The position numbers and the translations under genes are program-made. DNA of 38,947 nucleotides from Candidatus Niyogibacteria bacterium (GTDB lineage: Bacteria > Patescibacteriota > Minisyncoccia > HO2-45-28): assembly GCA_016432485.1 (NCBI GenBank), contig CP066691.1, forward strand, positions 347,762-386,708, in the 5' to 3' direction. This document shows positions 28,901-36,573 of this stretch, piece by piece (position 1 is the first letter of the stretch; each line of letters starts with the position of its first letter). Below the pieces are notes generated by a model. That model saw only the letters and a program-made list of their open reading frames with translations, was not told where the DNA came from and ran no database searches.

Positions 28901-29125
28901 ATGAGTTTTGGCGTGGTATTCGTCGCATTTTGGCTCATCAAAATAAAAGCCGGTGAAATCCAAACTTAGTTCTTTTCCGGTATAATCTTCTACTGGCGAA
29001 AATTCATCAAAAAGTTCTTTGAGACCGTGGTCTAAAAACCATTGGAAGGAATCTAACTGGGGGGAGGCCAGCGGAGGAAAATCAACCAACGGCGGCTTAT
29101 AGGAAGAAAAATATTTTTTCTCCAT
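25904..29125 (-). CDS. rpoB: DNA-directed RNA polymerase subunit beta (compact form)
   Basis: GTFVVNGVERV, GDKLAGRHGNKGV, GQRFGEMEVWALE. Confidence 0.99.
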   Translation of the reverse strand: MEKKYFSSYKPPLVDFPPLASPQLDSFQWFLDHGLKELFDEFSPVEDYTGKELSLDFTGFYFDEPKCDEYHAKTHNLSYEAPLRFRARLTNKRTKEIKEQEIFLTDMPLMTPRGTFVVNGVERVVVSLLARSFGLYFTADAHGGRKLFGAKIIPSRGAWLEIATEPDGAIYVRIDRKRKIAITALLRMLGLADDEGIKKEFSAVDNGGESYILRTLEKDSTHDTDEAYVEIYKRLRPGELATVDTARGLLEGLFSSDRYDLSAVGRHKMSARLGISEKSRAESRILSLADIVDVVSQIIKMNNDPSALPDDIDHLGNRRLRGVGEMLQNKLRIGIMRMKRTIQDRMSTLDINTLTPAQLINARPFMAAVKEFFTTSQLSQYMRQENILTELEHLRRLTAMGPGGLTKERAGFEVRDVHPSHYGRICPIQTPEGPNIGLVVHLSSFTRINSLGILETPYAKVKKGVITKEIIYLNAFDEVKFNIASSSVRYDDQGVILDEDVEARVKGYPTIIKRETVDFLDVSPTQAFSISTSLIPFLDHDDANRAMMGSNMQRQAVPCVQPQFPLVATGVEGVAARDSGRLVIATDDGAVKKSDASTIVVKSGKKEKTYKLINYLRSNDFTTITQRPLVNVGDKVKKGDILSDVSSSDSGQLALGQNVLVAFLSWGGANFEDAVIISEKLVQRDIFTSVHIMDFSAAVRDTKLGPEITTYDIPNVGEDKLKDLDEEGIVRIGAEITAGDILVGKITPKGEADLTPEERLLRAIFGEKAREVKDTSLRMPHGRKGRVVGVKIFSREKGDPLETGIIKQIQIEVAEVRKISVGDKLAGRHGNKGVISKILPVEDMPLLEDGTSVDIILNPLGVAGRMNVGQIMETHLGWAAEKLGYQAITPAFRGATEEEIREELKKAGIPASGKVKLFDGRTGESFDQPVTVGQIYMLKLNHMVEDKIHMRSIGPYSLITQQPLGGKAQGGGQRFGEMEVWALEGYGAAHVLQEMLTIKSDDVLGRSAAYDAMVRGEPFKTPNVPASFHVLLNELRGLALDIDLIGLKESIAARTRKAVREGEVLNSVSSEEA

Positions 29126-29245
29126 AAAAATATGAAAAAATTAAATTAAATAAAATAAAGACAACAACCCCTTCTTATCCCTATTTAAGAGGGTTTTTTA
29201 TTGTTTTTTGTTTAATTACTAGGGCAATTCAGCACCTAATAGTCT

Positions 29246-29273
29246 ATTATACTCCTCCTAAAATTCATGTCAA
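29246..29273 (-). promoter_or_regulatory. rpoBC promoter
   Basis: TTGACA-16-TATAAT on the minus strand. Confidence 0.75.
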
Positions 29274-29286
29274 GTCCTTTTTGACC

Positions 29287-29295
29287 TGTGGATAA
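29287..29295. promoter_or_regulatory. Perfect DnaA box (TTATCCACA)
   Basis: TGTGGATAA lies 13 nt upstream of the rpoB -35. Confidence 0.5.
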
Positions 29296-29298
29296 CCA

Positions 29299-30408
29299 TT
29301 ACCTTTCCCCAGCCGAAAAGGGAGAATTGATTTTTAGAGACATCAGAATGCCGAGTCCCAGAAAAAATACAAGCAGCGACGACCCTCCGTAACTGACAAA
29401 CGGCAGAGGCAAACCGGTTATCGGCAAAAAACCGATATTCATACCAACATGAATAAGAAATTGAGCGACCAAAAGCGCCCCCAATCCCACGGCATAGAGC
29501 CGGCCAAAATTATCGTTTAAAAGAGAGCCCGTTCTTGCCACTCGCCACACCACCAAAGCGAAAAAAATAAATAAAAACGTTACTCCCAAAAACCCCCATT
29601 CTTCGGCATAGGCGGCAAAAATAAAATCGGTCTGATGCTCGGGCAAAAATTCCAAACGCGATTGGCTCCCGAAACCTATGCCGCGTCCGTATAAGCCGCC
29701 GGAACCTATGGCGATTTTGGCTTGAATAGTGTGATAGCCCGCGCCAAGCGGATCCAGATAAGGATTAAAAAATGAATAAATGCGGGAGCGCTGATAAGGT
29801 TCAAGAAAAGAAAACCAAAGCAAAGACGCCAACAAAATCGCGGCCAGAACCAAAATAAAAAAATGCTTTTTTGAAATGCCGGATGCCATTATCATGGCGA
29901 ACCACAAAGCGCTTATTACTATTGCCGAACCCAGATCGGGCTGTAAAAAAACCAGCGCTGCCGGCAAAAAAGCGTATAATCCCGAAACTATTATGTGCTT
30001 AAAATTCGCGATCTCAATATGCCTGCGGGAAAAGTACTTGGCTAAAATCAAAATCAGGATAATTTTAACCAATTCCGAGGGCTCAAAAGAAAAGGCGCCG
30101 AACTTAAGCCAGCTGACCGCTCCTTTGGTTTCCTGTCCAAATATCAAAAGGGCCGCAAGCATTAAATTAACGGCGAAATAAATAAGAATCAGGGGCAAAG
30201 CGAAACGCAGCCATCTTAAATCCGCGAAGCTTATCCCGAAAAACAAAATCAGTCCCAGTCCTATCCAAATGAGCTGACGCCAAAAAAAATAATCGCCAGC
30301 TCCCTGCGGAGAAAAATCAAAGGACTTCATTGAAATCAGCCCCGCGGCCAAAAGCGGCATAATGGATAAAAAAAGAACCCAGTCCAATTTTTTGAAGTTC
30401 GCCGGCAT
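29299..30408 (-). CDS. rodA: SEDS family peptidoglycan polymerase, RodA-like
   Basis: GAVSWL..GAFSFEPSELVK, QPDLGSA, YQRSRI..F.NP..DPLGAGYH, LPEHQTDFIFA, GLPLPFVSYGGSS. Start placed at 30408 to avoid overlap with nadE. Confidence 0.93.
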   Translation of the reverse strand: MPANFKKLDWVLFLSIMPLLAAGLISMKSFDFSPQGAGDYFFWRQLIWIGLGLILFFGISFADLRWLRFALPLILIYFAVNLMLAALLIFGQETKGAVSWLKFGAFSFEPSELVKIILILILAKYFSRRHIEIANFKHIIVSGLYAFLPAALVFLQPDLGSAIVISALWFAMIMASGISKKHFFILVLAAILLASLLWFSFLEPYQRSRIYSFFNPYLDPLGAGYHTIQAKIAIGSGGLYGRGIGFGSQSRLEFLPEHQTDFIFAAYAEEWGFLGVTFLFIFFALVVWRVARTGSLLNDNFGRLYAVGLGALLVAQFLIHVGMNIGFLPITGLPLPFVSYGGSSLLVFFLGLGILMSLKINSPFSAGER

Positions 30409-30450
30409 CAACACCAACAGTATAACACCGACTAAACGGATATAAAAAAT

Positions 30451-30471
30451 GCCCCGACGCAAAGTCGGGGC
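30451..30471 (-). terminator. Probable terminator at the end of the NAD operon
   Basis: GCCCCGAC/GTCGGGGC stem followed by ATTTTT on the minus strand. Confidence 0.65.
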
Positions 30472-30478
30472 CTCGAAA

Positions 30479-32569
30479 TCAACCAGAGATAGTGTCGGGA
30501 ACTTTATCCAAGTCATCAAGCCACGGTTCGGCCGAAGCATCGGACGGCATCCGCCAATCCCCGCGAGGAGAAATGGCAATTGAACCGACCTTTGGACCGT
30601 CAGGCAGGCAAGAACGCTTAAACTGATTTCTGAAAAAACTTGAGAAGAAAACTTTGAGCCACTTCTTTATCTCGCCCACCGAGTATTTCTCTCCAAAAGC
30701 GCACAAAGCCATTCGCGCTATTTTAGACGGCCTGAATCCGAAACGTACGAAATAATATCCGGTAAAGTCGTGAAGTTCGTAGGGGCCGATAATGCTTTCG
30801 GTTTTCTGCGTAATCTTGCCTTTGTCCGGAGGCAGAAGCTCGGGTGAAATCGGAGTTTCCAAAACATCCAAAATGGATTCCCTGAAGCCGGATTCTTCCG
30901 CGAAAATCGTATCGGCCGCCCATCTCAAAAGATATGAAATCAGCGTCTTCGGAACTCCGGCATTTATGCCGTAATGGCTGGCGTGGTCCCCGAACATCGT
31001 GCAGTAGCCGATGAAAAGCTCGGAAAGATCGCCGGTGCCAAGCACAAATCCGCCCTCTTTGACCGAAACTGAAAATAAAATGTGTTTGCGCGCCCAGGCC
31101 TGAATGTTTTCAAGCGTTGATTTTTTCCTGCGCGTATCCGCGTCACTTCGTCCGTCACGCACCGCGGATCCGACTTCGGAAACGAAACTTTCAGCGTCTT
31201 CAATACCGATACTCTTGAAGGACAGCGCGACAAGTTCTTTTATCGGTATTTCACGGAAAGTCGCGCCTGCCGCGTTTATCATTTTGCAGGCGTTCCGGTA
31301 AGTCCGGTCAATCGTGCCGAAACCCGGCATGGTCAACGCGATAATATTGCTTCTAGGCAAACCTGACAGATCAATGGCGCGGATCGCGATATTTAAGGCG
31401 TGCGTCGAATCCTGCCCGCCCGATACGCCAATCACAATTTTTCTGCGGTCCGGCGGCAAAACTTCAAGACGCTTCATCAAACTTGTTGCCTGAATATTGA
31501 ATATCTCACGGCAACGCTCGTCTCTTTTTTGCGGATTTCCGGGAACGAACGGATGCGGATCTATTTCGCGTTCAAAATCAATATTCTCCGAATTACCCAT
31601 GGAATCGCTGAACTCAACAAGACGAAACTCCCTGGCATTATCAAAACCGTTTTGCCTGAAAGAACCCTGGCGCATGCGATCCGAGATAAGAGAATCCAAA
31701 TCAACATCGGCGATTATATGAGTTGAAATGCCGCTGAACCTTCCTGATTTTCTGAGCAACGCTCCCCTTTCGGCAATGTAACCGTCGCCGTCCCAGCCCA
31801 AATCGGTTGTTGACTCGCCAAAACCGGCCGCGGCATAAAGCTGAACCGCGAGATTCCGGGCCGACGAACCGACAACCAAACTTTCACGATATTCGGACTT
31901 GCCGACGGTTATGTTGGAAGCCGAAAGATTGGCCAGAACCGTAGCTCCGGCAAGCGCCGCCATGCTTGACGGCGGCACGGGCACCCAGATGTCTTCGCAA
32001 ATTTCGGTATGCAGAACAAAGTCCGGACGCTTAGCGGATTTAATCAGAATGTCCGAACCGAACGGAACTTTTTGGCCCAGCACGCTTATGATTTTACTTC
32101 TGGCTTCGCGGGCCGGAGCAAAATGGCGCAATTCATAAAACTCGCGGTATTCGGGCGGATATGATTTTGGCGTAACTGCCAGAATTTTTCCGCGCAAAAA
32201 AGTCACGGCGGCGTTAAAAAGCATTTCGTCAACCGTAAGCGGCAAACCGACCGTAACCATCATTTTCCAATCCCGCGTCAAAATAATAAGTTCTTTAAGC
32301 GCCGCAAGCGATGAACGGATAAGAGCGTCCGAAAGAAAAAGGTCTCCGCAGCTGTAACCGGTAATTCCAAGTTCGGGACAGACCGCGTAAGCCGCGCCTC
32401 TTTCATATACTTTTTTCAGCTCTTCAAAATGGCCACAAGCGTTCTTTGACGGATTTGCCAAGTACACTCTCGGAATAACCACGGCCACGCGAAGAAATCC
32501 GTGGTTTTCGACTGCCAGGAAATCTTTAATTTTCCTTTTTTCCATCTCATCCATGATTTTCTCCATCAT
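30479..32569 (-). CDS. nadE: Glutamine-dependent NAD+ synthetase (nitrilase domain plus synthetase domain)
   Basis: CPELGITGY, PKSYPP..EFYE, EICEDIW (E-K-C triad); GVSGGQDST, GTGDLSE, PISPEL, QFKRSCLPDGPKV. Confidence 0.96.
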   Translation of the reverse strand: MMEKIMDEMEKRKIKDFLAVENHGFLRVAVVIPRVYLANPSKNACGHFEELKKVYERGAAYAVCPELGITGYSCGDLFLSDALIRSSLAALKELIILTRDWKMMVTVGLPLTVDEMLFNAAVTFLRGKILAVTPKSYPPEYREFYELRHFAPAREARSKIISVLGQKVPFGSDILIKSAKRPDFVLHTEICEDIWVPVPPSSMAALAGATVLANLSASNITVGKSEYRESLVVGSSARNLAVQLYAAAGFGESTTDLGWDGDGYIAERGALLRKSGRFSGISTHIIADVDLDSLISDRMRQGSFRQNGFDNAREFRLVEFSDSMGNSENIDFEREIDPHPFVPGNPQKRDERCREIFNIQATSLMKRLEVLPPDRRKIVIGVSGGQDSTHALNIAIRAIDLSGLPRSNIIALTMPGFGTIDRTYRNACKMINAAGATFREIPIKELVALSFKSIGIEDAESFVSEVGSAVRDGRSDADTRRKKSTLENIQAWARKHILFSVSVKEGGFVLGTGDLSELFIGYCTMFGDHASHYGINAGVPKTLISYLLRWAADTIFAEESGFRESILDVLETPISPELLPPDKGKITQKTESIIGPYELHDFTGYYFVRFGFRPSKIARMALCAFGEKYSVGEIKKWLKVFFSSFFRNQFKRSCLPDGPKVGSIAISPRGDWRMPSDASAEPWLDDLDKVPDTISG

Positions 32570-33528
32570 GAACCGAGAATCTCTAGAATGGCTTTAGCGA
32601 ACACGCCCGAAACGTCAGCAACGACAATTCTCCGATCGGATAAGCTGGAGCCGAGATTTTGGCTCATTGGATGCGAATTGGTGGTCAGGATCACCCCCGG
32701 AAACGACGTAACAATTTTATGGAAGGCCTCGCCGTCGTTTATGGCCAAATGGCTGATAACGGCGTTAACGTCGGACGCGCCGTGATTCAAATACGCGGCT
32801 GCGGCATTTATCAAACTGCCTCCGCTTCTTAGCATGTCGTCATAAATTATCACGCGCTTGCCCTTAACATCACCTATGACTTCCGCGACCCTTGTGGTCT
32901 CGCCATAACGATCTTTATCAATCATGGCCATGCCGGCCCCGAATTTTCTGGCGAATGTTTTAACCCATTCTGGACGGCCGAGATCGGCCGAAGCGAAAAT
33001 TGTTTCTTGGGGGTTGGCGCACCAATTAAGTTTTTCCATCTCGTCTAAAAGAACTTCTTCGGCATACAATTCAAAACGCAGGCAATCGCCTTCAAAATAG
33101 TGCACAAAACCGGAAACATGAAGGTCCATCATCAGAAAAACATTACGCTTATCGCCGCCGGTTATAGCCGACAGCTGTTTTGCGACGGTTTTCGCCGTAA
33201 CAACTTCGCCCGGCTTTACGGCTCTTTCCATCGTCGAGTAGCCCATAAACGGAATCGCGTAAATGACGCGCTTTACGCCGTATTCGGCTAAAGCGCATCC
33301 GATCCGATAAACTTCAAGCAAGTTGGCGTCTGTGCTGGTGCTTGCGACAAAAATGACATCACGGCCCATGAGTCCCGAGCGGCTATCGGTGGAAATTCGG
33401 TAATATCTCTCGCCCCCTCCGAAAGTTTTCCTTTCTATTTCAGAGAGTTTTGGAATGCCTATTTTTCCGGCAATCAATCTGGCAAAATATTCGGAATCCC
33501 GCGTAGAAAAAATCAGGGGCTCTGGCAT
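32566..33528 (-). CDS. prs: Ribose-phosphate pyrophosphokinase, divergent
   Basis: TFGGGE, PFMGYSTMER, DLH, SADLG and YDDMLRSGGS map onto Prs motifs; AAGGAGG SD. Confidence 0.85.
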   Translation of the reverse strand: MPEPLIFSTRDSEYFARLIAGKIGIPKLSEIERKTFGGGERYYRISTDSRSGLMGRDVIFVASTSTDANLLEVYRIGCALAEYGVKRVIYAIPFMGYSTMERAVKPGEVVTAKTVAKQLSAITGGDKRNVFLMMDLHVSGFVHYFEGDCLRFELYAEEVLLDEMEKLNWCANPQETIFASADLGRPEWVKTFARKFGAGMAMIDKDRYGETTRVAEVIGDVKGKRVIIYDDMLRSGGSLINAAAAYLNHGASDVNAVISHLAINDGEAFHKIVTSFPGVILTTNSHPMSQNLGSSLSDRRIVVADVSGVFAKAILEILGS

Positions 33529-33645
33529 TGCCGTCCTCCTTACTGGTTGAGTTTACAAAGAACTTCCTTCTTAGAGCCGCCTACCCCTTGTAAGAAGCTC
33601 TATGAAAGAGCGGTGGCCGGCCCGAAAGCGGGCCACCGCGAGAAA

Positions 33646-34887
33646 TTAATATTTACACTCTTCAAAGGTCGTGTAGACGTAGCCGAAAATTTTCTTGAAT
33701 CTTTCAACGTCTTTCGGCCTTCCAATGGCTTTTGCGATGTTGTCGCTCAACTTTACAAGCCCTTGGCCACTGGCTTCAACTGTTTTCACCACCAGAGAAA
33801 GGGCTTTAAAACCGAGGTCGTTGGTCAAATTTGTGCCCCAGCCGAAAGTCGTTTTAATCCTGCCATTAAATTCTTTATATAATTCAATAATCGTATCAAC
33901 ATCCAAACCATCGCTAAAAACTATCATCTTTGTTTTCGGATCAACACCCATTTTCTCGTAAAAAGCAATTGCTTTTCTTCCGAACAAAAACGGATCTCCG
34001 GAGTCCTGGCGCAAACCTTTCCAACTCCGCGCCTGTTCAGCAGTCATATCTCCAAAAAAGAAATCTGTCCCGTAAGTATCGGTAAGCGCGATGGAAAGGC
34101 CGAAACCATATTCGTCCCACCAATCCCATAAAACCTTGCTATGAGAAGCGCGAATCGTTTCATCGCTTTCGCCCATAATGCCGGACATCACCATATACAT
34201 TTCGTGAGCCGAAGTGCCCATCGGCAAAAGTCCGTGCTTCATGGCCAAATACGTGTTTGATGTGCCAAGCATCTGACGCGGAATTTCTTCAGCCAAAACG
34301 CCAACGACGTAATCCTGCCAATCGCGACTAAAACGCCTGCGCGTACCAAAATCGCAAAAAGTTATATTGGGGCACTCGCAAAGTTTACCTATTTTTCCAT
34401 CCAAACGCTTTCGGCCTTCGGCAAAAACCAAATCCCGCCCGAAACGGCTTTCCATGGAAAGAAGCGACCGATAATAAAGTTCGTTCACTATCGCAAGCGC
34501 TATTGTTTCCCAGTAAATAGCGCTTGACCACTTGCCGGAAAATTCCAGCAAAAACTGGCCGTCTCTTACCTCCAAATCGTAATCCGGCAATTCCAGTCCC
34601 GACAAAAATTCAAGATAATCTTCTTTAAACATTCGCTCGCCATATTCGTTGGTGCCTCGAAGATAATGGATTTCCGTTTTATTGAATTTCAGTTCGCGCG
34701 CGTAATCCAGCTCGCGGCGCAAATCGCTTTCCGGAACGAAATGCGCGATCTGGATAGCTGTTGTTCTGTTCGTCAAAGCGTAACGAACCGGCACATCCGG
34801 ATAACGACGATAGACCACTTGTCCCATCGTAAATTTGTAAAAATCAGTGTCCAAAAGAGACCGGATTATTGGTTCGCGCTCGAGCAT
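33646..34887 (-). CDS. pncB: Nicotinate phosphoribosyltransferase
   Basis: SLLDTDFYKFTM, DFGTRRRFS, GTSN, GTSAHE, RQDSGDP, FSDGL, FGWGTNLTND, KLSDN. Confidence 0.96.
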   Translation of the reverse strand: MLEREPIIRSLLDTDFYKFTMGQVVYRRYPDVPVRYALTNRTTAIQIAHFVPESDLRRELDYARELKFNKTEIHYLRGTNEYGERMFKEDYLEFLSGLELPDYDLEVRDGQFLLEFSGKWSSAIYWETIALAIVNELYYRSLLSMESRFGRDLVFAEGRKRLDGKIGKLCECPNITFCDFGTRRRFSRDWQDYVVGVLAEEIPRQMLGTSNTYLAMKHGLLPMGTSAHEMYMVMSGIMGESDETIRASHSKVLWDWWDEYGFGLSIALTDTYGTDFFFGDMTAEQARSWKGLRQDSGDPFLFGRKAIAFYEKMGVDPKTKMIVFSDGLDVDTIIELYKEFNGRIKTTFGWGTNLTNDLGFKALSLVVKTVEASGQGLVKLSDNIAKAIGRPKDVERFKKIFGYVYTTFEECKY

Positions 34888-34902
34888 TCCGTTTTCCTCC
34901 TT

Positions 34903-36276
34903 TCATCCGGGGAATTGGCTGGACATGATTTTTTCGGCTCGGTCTGGCGGAGTCGCCAGTTCGGCTGCGGCAATCCGGCTTCGTCGGATTTTCATTTCAA
35001 TTACCGGGCCCTGGTCCGCGCCGTCAACGAAACCGTTAAGCGGTCTTTTGACCGGATCAAGCGTCCTCCAAGTAACGGTTGAATCAAGCGTAATCTGCGT
35101 CGCTTTCCAGTTGGGACGCGCCACATTGGAGCCGACCAAAGTCAAAACGGGCGCGTGAACCGGAACCGCCAAAGCGCCCATCGCTTTGGCGTAAGCAGTG
35201 GAGCCGGCGGGAGTGGCCGCCAAAATTCCGTCAGCCACAAGCAAAGGGATGCGCCGGACTCCGTCTATTTCCAATTCAATCCAAGCGGTTTGCCCCGCCC
35301 CCCTTTCAACCCAGACATCATTAAACGCCAACGCCCGTTTCGTCATTCCCCCCGCATCCGTAATTTCAACATAAAGCAAAGGCATCTGATCCAAATCAAC
35401 GCTTAAACTGCCGCTCAAAAGTTCACGAACGGCCGGACTTTCAGGGTCATTCATCAAAAATCCATGAGTGCCTTTGTTAATCCCGAAAAACGGAAGTCTT
35501 TCCCGCCAATGGCTTCGGATGGCATGCAGCATAAACCCGTCGCCTCCGATAACCGTAATCAAATTCGGATGGCTTGAATCTCTTAAACCCGAAACCCGAA
35601 CAAATTCTTCGGCTTTCGGGTTGCGGCCGTCAAAAAGAACTTTCGGACGAACCTCGCTTAAGACCAGCTGGGATCGCCCCGAAATTCGCGCTCCGCGGTA
35701 AAGACCGTGACGAAGAATATAATCATTGATTTTACGGTCAACCAATCCTTCAACGGACTCGCGTCTGAAAACTTTTTCCCGGGTTTCTGAAGAGCTTCCG
35801 GTAAATGCTTCGTAAAAAACCCTGCTTCTCGGCGGAAGGTCGCGATCAGCCATTTCAATACCTTGTCTGTAAACAACCGCGAAATTAAGCTCGCGCCAAA
35901 TTTCTTCCCCCCGTTCCCATTCGCGCTGAATAAAAGACCGGCCCTCGTTTCCGCCCTTAATCAAATCGGCGCCGACAATGTGCCAGATTTCTCCGCCGCC
36001 GCGAAACATTGCGTCAAGATTATGCGTGCGGGTAAACGTGCCCATTTCCAGATCAAAAAGTTCAACTCTTACGTTGGGTAAACCGCTAAAAGCCATATCA
36101 ACCATAGTCGCGCGATGCACAGGATCAATATCATTGACGGTCGGCTTATCCGGCCTAGGCCCGCAGGGAATGATAATCACTTCATCAAACTCGCGCGCCA
36201 CCATCTCAACAATAAGCCGGTGGGCAACGCGCGGAGGGTTAAAGCTCCCGCCGTAGATCGCGATTTTTTTAGTCAT
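34903..36276 (-). CDS. Fused nicotinate-nucleotide adenylyltransferase (NadD-like) and NAD kinase (NadK)
   Basis: N-terminal IAIYGGSFNPPRVAH...SSSETR; C-terminal IGGDGFML, GINKGTHGFLMN, FNDV, DGILAATPAGSTAY; single continuous 457-aa ORF. Confidence 0.9.
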   Translation of the reverse strand: MTKKIAIYGGSFNPPRVAHRLIVEMVAREFDEVIIIPCGPRPDKPTVNDIDPVHRATMVDMAFSGLPNVRVELFDLEMGTFTRTHNLDAMFRGGGEIWHIVGADLIKGGNEGRSFIQREWERGEEIWRELNFAVVYRQGIEMADRDLPPRSRVFYEAFTGSSSETREKVFRRESVEGLVDRKINDYILRHGLYRGARISGRSQLVLSEVRPKVLFDGRNPKAEEFVRVSGLRDSSHPNLITVIGGDGFMLHAIRSHWRERLPFFGINKGTHGFLMNDPESPAVRELLSGSLSVDLDQMPLLYVEITDAGGMTKRALAFNDVWVERGAGQTAWIELEIDGVRRIPLLVADGILAATPAGSTAYAKAMGALAVPVHAPVLTLVGSNVARPNWKATQITLDSTVTWRTLDPVKRPLNGFVDGADQGPVIEMKIRRSRIAAAELATPPDRAEKIMSSQFPG

Positions 36277-36501
36277 GCCGTTCCTCCCTTTCAGGGTGTT
36301 ATTTTTTTTAAAAGAACGCTTGCCTCAATTCGCCTCTCGGCTCAATTAAGGCAAGAGAATCGCAGCCAAATTTGCTTGTCCCGCCATTGGCGGGGTCAGC
36401 TAAAATTCTCTTACTTGTCCCATCTCGCCCCGCCGTCGGCGGGGTAAAGGCGGGAAAAATTCTTTTAAAGAATAACATAAAGTCAAGAAAAGATCAAGTT
36501 T

Positions 36502-36538
36502 TCCCCACCTTTTTGGCTTAAAGCCAAAAAGGTGGGGA
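36502..36538. repeat. Perfect 17-bp-stem palindrome
   Basis: TCCCCACCTTTTTGGCT-TAA-AGCCAAAAAGGTGGGGA. Confidence 0.75.
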
Positions 36539-36573
36539 TTTAAAATTTAATTCAAAGAACAACTTCATAAAAA

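Noticed and set aside
22229-29125. Inteins or introns in rpoB/rpoC, and the many long antisense ORFs there
   Set aside because: The proteins are continuous and compact; the antisense ORFs are codon-bias shadows.
30409-30579. 57-aa N-terminal extension of RodA in the ORF track
   Set aside because: It overlaps the nadE 3' end and its terminator; the ATG at 30408 gives a normal-length RodA.
32566-34887. Direct identification as phage NARP1 (Adps + Namat)
   Set aside because: The PRTase has PncB (nicotinate) motifs, NadD and NadE are present, and there are no phage genes. Kept only as an alternative hypothesis for the Prs.
36502-36538. Intrinsic terminator for the kinase transcript
   Set aside because: No U-tract follows on the minus (sense) strand, so it is listed as a palindromic repeat instead.
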